Assembly: GCF_001194135.2 (NCBI RefSeq)
Contig: NC_068986.1
Coordinates: forward strand, 80,508,364-80,572,363
DNA from: Octopus bimaculoides
Taxonomy: Eukaryota
DNA: 64,000 nucleotides
Direction of reading: 5' to 3'
The notes under the pieces were generated by a model. That model was not told where the DNA came from. It saw only the letters and a program-made list of their open reading frames with translations, and searched no databases. Shown here one piece after another: positions 12,301-25,600 of the stretch. Every line of letters begins with the position of its first letter. Position 1 is the first letter of the stretch. Position numbers and translations under genes: made by a program.

Positions 12301-12913
12301 TGACTAAGGTGTTGGAAACACCTACATTGCTAGAAATAAGAGCTAAAATGCTCTAATGTTGCAGTCAAAGCATACAATTTCATACATATATACTAACAGG
12401 GACTGTAATCGTCCGATAAATATTATTTCTAGCAACATAGGTGTTTCTAACACCCTAGTCACATTTAATGACAATTATAGTTTTCTTTTTTAGTGAAACA
12501 TTGCAAACTGCTGTCTACATTAATTTTCTACACACACACACATATATATGTAGAAACACACACACACATATATATGTAGAAACACACACACAAACATATA
12601 TATATAACACACATAAATAAATAAATATATGTATATATTTATCTATCACTCACACAGGCATACACATCTAAATAGATATACACCTAAACATATGTACAGC
12701 TAAGTGAAATGTGTGTTGATGCACATGTATTATGCAGATGTGTACATATTTCATGCATATGTTTGTGTGCACAGCACATGTAATTATATGTGTGTACATT
12801 CATGCATACACAGAAGGAAAGGGAGGTTTTATTATTCAACAAGGCTTGGATGGGAGTTATTTAAAAAACAGATGGGAGAAAAATGTAGCTCTCTGTAGAG
12901 AAGTTATACATAC

Positions 12914-12960
<47 letters not shown>

Positions 12961-13076
12961 NNNNNNNNNNNNNNNNNNNNNNNNNNNNNNNNNNNNNNNN
13001 NNNNNNNNNNNNNNNNNNNNNNNNNNNNNNNNNNNNNNNNNNNNNNNNNNNNNNNNNNNNNNNNNNNNNNNNNNNN
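12961..13076. other. Assembly gap (N run)
   Basis: Run of n flanked by (TA)n. Confidence 0.99.
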
Positions 13077-13290
13077 GGAGGGAGAGAGTTGTCTAAAAAA
13101 AACAAACAAAAAAATAAACATTTTCAATAGCAAGATTAGATAAACATTGCTACAAAGAAAGCAGAATTTCTGCACTTGTCAGAAGTCTCAAGTCTTAATA
13201 TACGGAATTCCTGATGTTCAGAAAGCTCCTAATATCCAGAAAGTTCCAATCTTGCTACTCATAATCCTCAATGTCTATAGAGTTGCAACA

Positions 13291-13397
13291 TTAGTACATA
13301 TCATCACCAATGTCCAGAAAGATGTTATAGGCTTCCCGGTTACAACTACCACTGGTTGTGAAACTGTATTTGTGAAATGTCCCATCGACACACACGG
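13291..13397 (-). CDS. WDR45: WDR45 coding exon 11 (last): (A)[34 protein letters not shown]
   Basis: Acceptor ttttccattccag; TAA at 13293-13291; 107 nt. Confidence 0.93.
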
Positions 13398-13628
13398 CTG
13401 GAATGGAAAAGGACAAAAGATGAAATAACATAAAACAACAGAAATTCAGAATCTTATACTAAACAGGTAGCAAGTGAGAAGTAGCTGATATAAAAAGAAT
13501 ATATATATTTATGTATGGTTGACAGGAGCCAGCCAAGTAGAAGAATACCCCAGGCTACTGTGTCTGTTTCAGCAGGATGCCCTTCATAACACCAACTACT
13601 CTGTAGAGTGGACATTTTCAACAGCAAG

Positions 13629-13661
<33 letters not shown>

Positions 13662-16600
13662 AGATGCATGGTTTAGTGGTTAGGATGTTGGACTCATGAT
13701 CATAAGACTACGGTTTAATTACTGAACCAGGCAATGTATTATGTTCTTGAGCAAAATACTTATGTGACATTGCTCCAATCCACTTGGCTGGCTAAAATCA
13801 CCAATCCTTGTGATGGACTGGCATCCTATCTAAGGGGAAATATATATGCCACAGAAATCAGGAAGCCATCCTTATGTGTTTATATGACTTTGGAAGGAAC
13901 TTCAATCCTTTTAAAATATACATATATATAGGGTGTTACAAAAAATTTGGTATCATTTCGCAATCTAATAACTTTGCCAGTTCTTGTTCAAATGACTTCA
14001 AATTTTAACAGCATGCATAGAAACAGGTCAAAATTTTATGTTTAATATTTGATATGTTTATCTTTTCAAGTATAGAAATGGCATTTACTGGAAAAGAAAA
14101 GGCGTTTTGTGTGTTGGAGTATGCTCGAACACAGTCGAACAAGACTGTGCAGCGTGCATTTGTGAGAGAGTTCACTAAAAAATCACCCATGGCAATGCAG
14201 ATTTGGACATGGCACAAAAAATTCAAAACGGAAGGCTATCTGTGCAGGGCAAGGATCTGGATGACCACTAACATTGGAAGAGACAGTTGAGCGGGTTCAC
14301 CAAAAACTCTGACGAAGCCCCAAGAAGTCCATATGAAGAACAAGTTTGGAAACCCAGATCCCTCCAACGACAATTTGGCATGTCCTGAGGAAATGCTTGC
14401 TAATGAAACCCCACAAGCTGCAGCTCATTCAGGCCATAACGGCAGATGGCAAGTGAAAGCGCAAACATGAAGGGCCTGATCTATGTCCCCACTCTTCCTG
14501 CAAACCTAGAGGAATTTGAGCAGAGAATCACTACCGCACTGGAGACTGTTACCCAAGACATGCTGCAGTGTGTTTGGAAGGAACTTGACTACCAACTTTA
14601 TGTGTGCCGTGTCTCAGGCAGTGCACATATTGAACATTTGTGAAATCGTTCATGGAATCCACATACCTATGAATTTCTCATTCAAATTTGGAGGAACGAA
14701 TCTTATGTTGCTCAACATTAAGCCTGATTAGTTTCATTTGCTTTGACCATATAGTTTCTGTGATATTTACGTTTCAAATGATATCTAATTTTTTGAAACA
14801 CCCTGTATATGTATATATATATGTATGTATTAATAATAAAAGTGAAAAAGAATTTCAACTCCTATTTCTAAATTCGGTGGATGGTGAAGCAATTAGCTGA
14901 CCCCTAATTATAATTATAGAATATTTGTATATATGTATGTATGTATTATATAACATCATCATCATCATTGTCATTTAACGTCCATTTTCCATGCTGGCAT
15001 GGGTTGGACGGTTTGACTGAGGTCTGGAGAGCCAGCGGCTGTACTAAGCTTCAATCTGATCTGGCAATGTTTCTACAGCTGGATGCCCTTCCTAATGCCA
15101 ACCACTCCGAGAGTGTAGTGGGTGCTTTTTACGTGCCACTAGCACAGGAGCCAGTCAAGCAGGCCTGGCATCGATCACATTTGGATAGTGCTTTTTACGT
15201 GCCACTGGCATGGGAGCCACCACCACCATTGTCGTCGTCATCATCATCATCATCATCATCGTTTAATGTCCACTTTCCATGCTGGCGACTGAAAACTGGT
15301 CACCTGCACCAGGTTCCAGTCTGATTTAGAAAGGTTTCTATGGCTGGATGCCCTTCCCAATGCCAACCACTCCAAAAGTGTAGTAGGTGCTTTTTTTACG
15401 AGCCACTGGCACAAGTGCCATTAACGTGATACTGGCATCAGTCCCGTAATACATTGGTGAGATGATATAATTAACATATTGTGTGGTCATTACCATCCAT
15501 CAAAGGTGTAAAATGTGTCTCTTCAAGTGAATATTTTGAATAAGTCCTTCACTAGAGCAGACTGTCATTTCACTCTATGCAAGAATGAATAACCAAAGCA
15601 ATGCACCAGTGCTATTTTCAACAATTTGCAGACAAAACTAAACCCATAGATAAAATGAGAGACAAAACAAAATACAAAAACAAACAAACAAAAAAAAAAA
15701 CTCCTATGTTCAGTTAACTATAAAATATAATTCTTACCAACAACAGAATTTCCTGAGCCAAAAGCACAAATGCAAGCACATTCTGCTGGAACAGTGAAGT
15801 TGGCAAGGCCCCATTGCGACTCACCATACTGACCAAGAAAGCCCATTTTTTTAAAACTGGAATAAAAACAAACAACACAATCATTATCAATAAATGAAAT
15901 ACTTTGCTTTTGTGTGTGTGTGTGTGTTCAAGCAAGTCATCCTTTTACTGGTTACTAACTGAACTTCTACAATTGAAACTTAGCTTCCAGTCATTATGGA
16001 ATGTTGAAAATAGTCTTTTGCTTTCAACTTTGACAATATAAGATGCAAAACTGCAGCTATGAGAAAATATAAACAAAATCAATGCTTAATTGCTCAGAGA
16101 TGCTTTCTGTATGAAAAACAATAGTTAAGTGAGTGTTGACATTTTTAATTTAATGAGCATTAATTACCAAACTAGAAAGAATTATGTGATGAGGAAAAGA
16201 CAACTTTAGTTAAATATTCTTTTACTTGTTTCAGTCATTTGAGTGCAGCCATGCTGGAGCACCACTTTTAGATGAACGAATTGACTTCAGGACTTATCCT
16301 TTGTAAGCCTTATACATTTAGTTATTCTTAGTTCAGGTGTGCCACCAAATTTTTAAAAGAATATAACTGAAAAAAGGTTGTGGAGCATTGCTATAGCTGT
16401 CTGGGTGGTAACTACACATGCTCCATATTTAAATTTAAAGACCCATCAAACCCTTACTCCAGACCAAGCAATTATAACACACTATTAGAAACTGAACTCA
16501 CGTGGATCTTTTATTCAGTGTTGTGTCCTCGATAGCAAATATATGGACTGTCCCTTTGTCACTGGAGGCACACAAGAAGGCAGAATCATGACTAAAAGAT

Positions 16601-19600
16601 ATACTGGTAAGAAATAGAAAATAAAGAATTACAAATAAGAACATGATAAATACAAGCATAGTTCATGGTTATGTAGGAAATATGTATATGTATTTATATG
16701 CGTGTATATATGTATATGTGTGTGTGTGTATGCATGTCATTATTCAGTTTTATTTCAAGATTTCTTGCCAATAGAGAAAGAACCGGTTTCTAACCTAGAT
16801 CCAAGGTTCCGTCATTGGAATTTCAACAACATCAACATGCATATAGTTGCATATCTAGACATGCTCATATATACTTAAATGATAAACTTCTGGGAAGTTT
16901 TACAGACTTTAACAGTTCCAATGATAGTCTAAATCTGTAGTCTTCGAATCAGCTTTCTCCTTTCTGGTTTTGAGAAACCAAGTTTCTCAAGATTAGTATT
17001 TAGGCAGTGTGGTACATATTCCAGTGCTCCAATAATTACAGGTATAAACTTGAACTTGTAATCTGGATTGAGTAACTGCAAATTTTTCAATAGTTCACTG
17101 TAAGTGTTCTTTTTTCACTGATCTTCAGCTTTATGTTAACATCTGCTGGGCAGCTGATTTCCACAACTGTATACATTTTCTTTTCTCTATCCCAAATCAT
17201 TATATCAGGTCTATTGCGTTTATATTTTATTGAGGTTTTCACTGGGACATTCCACCAGTATTCCTTTTTATCATGAGTGGCTATGGCTTCTACCATATTG
17301 TGGGTTCTTATTTCTTTGTCCTCAGGGGTGGGCAGGTGGGTAGGTAGGTAGGTAGATATGTATGTATGTATGGGTGGATGCATGCATGCATGGAAAGATA
17401 TATACAGATATGTATAAAGGAATGATGAGAATAGGGTCAGAATAGGTGCAGTATCTTTCCCAACTGCAACCAAAATATGCTTGTGTGTGTGTTACCATCA
17501 CCATCATCATTTTATGTTTGCTTTTCATACTAGCGCAAATTGGGCAGGAGATCAGTTCTTGTAAGCTGGACAGCAACCTCACTAGTGCTGTAAAGTGGTT
17601 GGTATCCAATCAAAGGAACCATAACAAAAAAAACAGTGGAGCATGATGCAGTTACTAGTTAAATCATCCAATCTATGCTAGAATGGAACATGGATGTGAA
17701 ATGGTGATAATAATGATGATTATGATGATGATGATGATGATACAAATATATAGATATATGATGATATATATATGTGTGTGTGTGAGGGTGTATGGCCTAG
17801 TGGTTAGGGTGTTACACTCACGATCGCGAGATCATGGTTTCAATTCCCAGACTGGGTGGTGTGTCGTGTTCTTGAGCGAAACACTTCATCTCATGTTGCT
17901 CTGCATTCACTTCGACACCCGACTCGTAGTACACAGAACACCTGTTCAGACAATGTCGATTTGATGGAGAGTGTAAGCTAATGTGTGACAGAAACATTTG
18001 ATCACTATAAACAAATCATTTGTGCAGATCATTCAGCAGTAGCTGAATGCACATACATCATCTTTGACAGGCGAGTCCATCATACACACAATTACATATG
18101 TAGACTATATAACAGTATAACTATCCAGTGTCAAGTACATTAAGTAGTTTGGTGCATTTCAGGGAAGGACAGAGTACATAAGTTGTGTGAGGTACATACC
18201 AGTATAATGTTGCAGTATCAGAACCTCTGCGAAGCTCAACCAGCAGCTGTTTGTTATAAACATTGAACACCCGTATCAGTGTACCCTGAAAAAAATACAC
18301 AAATTAATGTTTCTTTGATTACATAAATTCTACAAAACTGATGCCACTTCAATTCCATCCTTTTAGTTAAAAGTATTGATTCTATACAATGAAAGAATGG
18401 TTTTGTGGTTACACAAACTACTGGAAATAATAGTTAAATCTCATCTCAAATTCCTCTCATCAGTTTTAAAACTGAAAGGACATAGTAGATAATGTAGCCT
18501 TAGATACACTATGGCTGTAAAAGATAAGGATCATAGCTGGAACATTTTTTATGATAAATCTCCTGGTTCAGGGCTGGCCCGAAGCTGAAGCAGCAACAAT
18601 TTCATGCACTTGGTCCAAAGATACTGCTTATTCTCTTTGGCTAAACAACAACAATAGATATCAGTCCTCAGAGTGGTGACCATCACCACTGAAATATAAA
18701 ATTAGGCCACCTAAATGTACCAGAGTGTTGAAATATGCTGGAACAGAATGGGTATCAAAAGAAATTCAATATACATTGATTGGGACAACCAGCCAATCAC
18801 TGCATGATAGAATGGATATCAAGAAGATGTAATAACAAATAAATATGGACTCTCTTGTTGATTTAAAAATGTTATAGTTGTTTGATCAACAGAACTCAAA
18901 GTTATGGGAGAAGACACCTGCCCAAACTGCAGCATAAAGAGATGGAACTAAGAACCTGATGTATATTCTGCTTGGTGAACAATACACCAAGATACTTGAA
19001 GTGACAAACCAGTGGTGATTAGTCAACAACCTGTGTGTCACATATTTCCTGAGATAGAGCTGGTGCCAGTGCTACATGACCGCTATATAACAAGTACTGA
19101 TTCACTCAAAGCAGACTAACAGCTTCTTGGTCAGTTAAAGTTTGTTTAATTAAACTCTGGCACTTTGTCTATTCATTTTAAGTTTTAATGCCACAAGGTA
19201 TCCAGCAAGATTAAAACTATTCCTGATGGTAAAACCTTCTGGCAGCACTTCTTTACATTTTTACTGATTCAAGATCTTGGTCTTTGAAAAGCTTGAAATT
19301 CTGTGTCACTTATTAATTTACAAAAATCAAAAATATTGTCAAGAACAAATACTGGTATTTTGGTGTATCAAAAAAAAAAAAAAAAAAAAATCATAACTAT
19401 ATCATATTTACCTTGCGTGAGGCTGTGGCCAAAATAGAGCCACTCTGGTTCAAAGCCAAAGAAGCCAGCTCATTCTGGTGAGCACTGATCATCACCGGAC
19501 ATACTGACTGCCCTGGCTGAACTTTCTCCAAGTCCTGAGGAAAGACAGAAACAAAAAAAACAATTGATGAATGACTGGAAATCTCAAACATTAAGTGCTA

Positions 19601-22600
19601 ACCACCACCCCTTCTTTCTCTTTACAAAAAATACCAAGTCCTCTACACAAATGTCTTGGTGTTCTGAAAGTTTACAAACACTTTCATATTTTACCAACAA
19701 TATGACACTCTGTTTTGGAAATTTATGTATTTTCATAGCATCACAATAACCTTGACACTAAGATGTTGGACGATTGGCTATGTGGTTGTAAGTTCAAATG
19801 TTACAACAGCTTTTAAGTTTGTGCCAGGGCTAGTTCACAACTAAGTATTTACTGTGAGGGAGGATAAGCAGCTGTTGGAACAACTGCTCCAATAAAACAA
19901 CTTCCACTGATGGTGGTATGTTGAAATAAAAGTCAAGCAGTACAAACATAAAGCAAAAGAGGTGAATACATAAAATATAAGCAATTTATATCTACCAAAA
20001 CACAGAAAGAATTTTGTTAGCATTCAGCACCACATTTAATTCATTGAACTGCTTAGATAACTTGTTAGAAGTAGAAAAGTTTTGGTGGAAAGGTGGCACA
20101 ATTAGTGCTGAGATAAGATTGCAGTGAAAGTAAAAGCGAGAAGGAAGTGGTGGGAGCTGTTCAGTTGACAGCAATGGATTTTTTTGTCTCTGCAAAAAGC
20201 AGACTATATGATGCATGTAAGAGAAGAGGATGCTACATTTGTAATGAGTATGGTAAGAGCTGTGGAGACTGGGGAAGAAATAAACTGAACATAGTTTACT
20301 AGATGTATAATATTGGTTTCAAATTTAAGCATAAGCCCAGCAAGTTCAGGGGATGTGGGTAAGTTGATTACATTGTCCCCAGTGGTCAACTGGTACTTAT
20401 TTTATCAACTCTGAAAGAATGAAAGGCAAAGTTGACCTCAGTGGAATTTGAATGCAGAACGTAAAGACAGATGAAATGCCACAAGGCATTTTGCTTGATG
20501 CACTAATGATTCTGCTAACTTGCCACCTTTACTAAATGTGTAATAGTGATGGCACGTAAAAAGCACCCACTACACTCTCTGAGTGGTTGGGGTTAGGAAG
20601 AGCATCCAGCAGTAGAAACTCTGCCAAATCAGATTGGAGCCTGGTGTAGCCATCTGGTTTCACCAGTCCTCAGTCAAATCGTCCAACCCATGCTAGCATG
20701 GAAAGCGGACGTTAAACGACGATGGTGATGATGATGAAGTCTAAATGAGGTTAGAGAAGGTTTACATAATGACATAAATCAATGTATATTGGAATCACAA
20801 CCACACTGGTATCAATATGTAATGTAAATAGTCATTGGGCTCTAGGTGCAAAAGTACTATGGAGAAAAAAGTATTGAGTTCAACTCTTGAGACGTTGAGC
20901 TTTACTGTTAAAATGACATGAGGTCAAAAAAAGTGGTGACATATTGAACTGCAGACTCATCAAATTCATGACATCATTACAATGAAGACTTTATCAGTTC
21001 TCTAGACTAGTAATATTATAAACTAGAACTGAATAACACAAGTAAAATAATACTGACCACTACTTCAACACTTCCACATTTGTGACCAGGAAACACAACC
21101 ACTTCTCGAAGTGTACTTATTTCACATAAGCCTGTACAAAGAAAAAGAGAAAAGATTAATTTATTATAAACATCCAAAGGTTTACTTATTAAAATCAAAA
21201 TTTATCTCAATCCATTTCAAAATTTTTCTTTGCCTAGATATAAGATCTTTTATTATGACAGTAAAGAAGTACAGAGTATATTGCACCAATAATATAATGT
21301 TACTGGTAGTGATTTTTAAGAGTGTAACAAAGCAAACAGAAGGATTTCATAATCTTTCATGATGTATTTAGGACTAACAATTTTAATCAGGAAGATATCT
21401 TCTTCCTGAATATAATGATCATAGACATCACTTTTAGTATTCATGTGTTGAAAATTCCAGTGAAATGAAGGTATTTGTCTCCATGTATTTGAAATGGAAG
21501 GGAATGAAACTCCAGTGTATAACTTTCTCTATCAATTTTGGAGGAATGAAAGAAAAACTCAACAACAGTAACATTTGAACCTTTAAACTAGAAAGTGCAA
21601 CGTTACCTACGATAACTTGTCTGCTAAAAGCAAATAATGTTCTTAATTAGACATCTGGTTAATTAGACCTTAAACATTTGTATATAGGGGAGAGTGAATG
21701 GAGATTTACAGTTTCTAGAAAGAAGACCTACAAGAGAAATTGTAGTAATCCTGACTATAACAATACATAGCAGACTGTTAAATAGTTTCGTTTTTGGATT
21801 TTGTTTGCAAGATTCTTTATGTGAGTTCGTGTGTTGAAGCACATTCTGTTGTGTCTGGGGAGAGTCCTACATGAGTGAGCTATTAAGTTACACAGTGATA
21901 GTGATGGTACTGTAGTATCCAATACTCTGTTTTACAGCTTGATAAAATCCCTGTCTTCACACAAATAGGGGTTGGATAACTCTACAAATCCATATGTTTT
22001 AGAGAACAGTTGTAATGGATGTATCAAAGTTGAATTACATTTCTAAATATAAATTAGTCAGTTGTCAAGTAGGAAACTAAAATTGATTTGAGTTGTGTAA
22101 TGTGCCTAACAGTTTAACAAAATGCTGGTTGTATAGTAACTGAAGTACTTAACCATTGATCTATCACATCAATATAGAAGTGTGATCTATCAATGGGTAA
22201 CATGTAAGAGGTGATAAACGAATATGTTACCTTTGAAGTTATCTCGTGTTCGGAATGAGTACAAATGTGTGGAGTTATTGGGGAAAGAAAACACATGGAT
22301 TTCATTTCGCAGCACACAGAACAGTCTGAAAAAAATAGAAAAAGTAATACTGATGGTGATGATAGTCCATGTTTTGTACAGAAGTAGTCATAATTGAATG
22401 GACTCCAGTACGGCACTGGTATGTATTGCCTCTCCAATGGGATGAAAGACATAATCAGTCAGGTTTCCAAGGGAACAGCATTTTCAATGTAATGGAATGT
22501 AAATTGCTTTACTAAGACTGAGTCATCATAGCCAAGTTCTCCTCAGAAGTTTCAAATCTCAAGAGGAACCAAAGAAATTCTGCCAATTAAACATGAACTG

Positions 22601-25600
22601 CAGCACGGAAAGTCTTTTGGGGTCAACCACATAGCAACAACAAAGTCAGTTCTGGTCGGATTTGATCCAACAGGCTAATGACTATGGGTCAACTAGTTAA
22701 CTAGAGTGGGGTGGTTGAGTGTGACTTAAAGATATTGATAAATGCAGTGGACTGACTATATGTTCTCACTAACAAAACTCCACAACTCTGTTTTAATCCC
22801 TTGCTGGAGGAATTTCATTTCACTGCTATTGTATCTGAGAAAGGCATGAATGTCACAACTCTTGATCTTCCCTTTCTTTGAACACATTAAGTGTTAATTT
22901 TCAATGGTCAAGTAAACGACCCCCCCATCACCACAATTCTGTAAAAGTGCCTGTGCAGCATCATGTAAAAGCACCCAGCACATTTTGTAAAGTGGTTGGC
23001 ATTAGGAAGTGCATCCAGCTGTAGAAACTATACCAAATCAGACTGGAGATACAAAGACACTTGGGTTTGTTTTGACACTCATTACAAAGTTTGGCTTCAC
23101 TTCATTTTATTTACAATGTTAATGCATTTAGGCAAGGTATGAATATCACAAATTCCTTATTTCCTCACGGTGGTGCACCAGCATGACCGCAGCCACTTGG
23201 CTGAAACACATAAATAAATAAATAAATACAAATACAGAATTATTGTGTTCAGTCAAACAATCACAAACTGGAAATGGCCTGTCATGATGAGGAGAGAAGT
23301 TATAACATATTGTGATTGTTGTTGTTTAGCCCAAGGTCAGCCTTAATCCAGCTGACCAGTGGCCAAAACTGTCCCACTTATGACCATCTCATCTTATTTT
23401 GAGACATGTACATCAACGATTACATTATTCAATATATCCTGTCTTTGTTAAGATTGAAGGGTGTGATTCAAGGAAGATATGACTGCTATTTCTAGTAGAC
23501 AAATGAATACACAAAGGCTTCTATTTCTTAGCCCTGGAAACTCCCGATTCTTGATCCATAACCACCTAGTCAGTCAATACATTCCAGTCACAGTAAAAAA
23601 ATTCTAACATTTTAGGCAGGAATCTTATGACGAAGGCATATGAATGTAGTGGTAGTTGCTGAAAAGGTAAGTCACTGTGGTGATATGGACATGTGATGGT
23701 ATGGACATATGAGGATAGTGAATGACAACTACAGTAGAGGTAGGTGGTGATGGTAATGGATGGCAGCTACAGGAGAAGTGATGGTGGTGATATGGATGTA
23801 TAGTGGATAGTGAATGGTATTTAGAGTGGAGTTAGGTGACCGTAATGGTAGTACATGATAGCTACAGTAGAGGTAGGTGACTTGCAATGATGTTTTTATG
23901 TTGGGATTTATGAGTGATTAGCTAAAGAAGCTCACTTCACAACTACATAGGGTAAAAGACCTCCTTCAGTCATGAATGACCATGAGATGCACCTAGAAAG
24001 TTCCCCTCTGAGGCACAGGTCCGGGCAAGGTTGTTTATGGAAGACCAGCAGTCATCCATGCATATCAGCCTCCCCTCTCCATGCCATCGATGTTTTCCAA
24101 GGGAAAAGCAAAGGCCAATACAGCTTGGTACCAGTGATGTTGCAACTCATTTCTGCAGCTGAGTGAGCTGGAGCAACATGAAATAAAGTGTCTTGCTCAA
24201 GAACACAACACGCAGCCCAGCCTGGGAATCAAACTCACTACCACATGATTGTGAGCCCAACGCTCTAACCACTGACCCATGCACCTTCCAACTACATAAC
24301 ACCAGTTTTAATTCTACTCCTTGGACAAGTGACTTCTGCCACAGACTTGGGTTGACTAAAGCCTAGTGAGTGAAGTTTGTTAAATGGAAGCTATATGAAA
24401 GTTCATTGGGGCCATATCCAAACTCCCTCTCTCAGCTGAAAGGTCTTTACCTTGCAAGTGCTGGTGCAATGTAAAATGCACTCATGTTGGTGCCACTTAA
24501 AAGCACATGTGCTGGTAGCACGCTCTGTAAAGTGGGTAGCATTAGGGAGGGCACTCAACTGTAGAAACCGTGTCAAAACAGATAATTGGAGCCTCAGCAG
24601 TTCTCCAACTGGCCAGCTCCTATCAAACTGTCCAACCCATACCCAAATAGAAAATGGACATTAAACAATGATGATGATGATGAGTGGCAGACTAAGTCTA
24701 TCTTCTAGTTTAATACAACTACTTGACTGTTCAGTGTATTTAATGAAATCCACCATGTTGCAATTATTCAGGCCAGGTCCCCAATTTGAAAATAACTTCT
24801 CTTCTTTCACTTGTCTTGAAGACCCTAAAAAGGGTTATGAGTGTTGTCCTGATCCCTACTGACTAAGTCATGCAAAAAGGAAAAAGTTTAGGAGAGAGAG
24901 ATAAAAACCTCAATATCATCAAATGTTAGAAGAATGAGAAGAAAGTAAAAGGCCTCACTTGTTTCTCTTCATGCGTATATTCATGACAGGTTGTGAGAAA
25001 ATATATTCAAGGGCAAACTTCCTTTCCGACTTTTGACTCTCATCCCGGATCAACACTGAAGAAAAGTGAAACAGAAGACAAAGGATAAACTTACAAAAAA
25101 TACTTACAGTAAACATACGTCTTGTGTAACAGAGGAACTGAGATCAATCCCTGCCAATAGTATCTCTCAACGACATATTGTGAGCAGGGTTTGATTTTGA
25201 TTAGATTTTGGTAATAATTTCATATTTGTTTTGGTCTTTGTATAAACTAATGTGGGTTGGATAGGTCAGTAAATTTATACAATTGATGAAAGTGACACCT
25301 TATCACAAAAAAAACAAAAAAAAACAACTAAACATTGACCATGCAGATCAACAGGTTTTGCAGAGGTGTAAACAAGATGAAGGCAACAGATATCTAGAGT
25401 GAGAACACAGCCAGATATTTGACAGGCAGTCTATGTGTGTTGTAAGTCAGTTCATGTAGAGCACGCTGAGGTTACAACAACAACAAACAATACAGCAATA
25501 AATTTACCACACACACACATATGGTGGACTCTTCTGTCATAAATGATAGACAAGGGTTCTGCAAATTCTTGTTGAACAACTTATACAGATGATTTATTCA

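Noticed and set aside
17790-17860. tRNA genes
   Set aside because: A- and B-box-like heads here and elsewhere continue into SINE bodies, and no complete cloverleaf was found.
22114-22452. 112-aa ORF (and similar track ORFs at 15714-15935, 26108-26464 and 58326-58643)
   Set aside because: These are off-frame readings overlapping real WDR45 or RBM22 exons, not separate genes.
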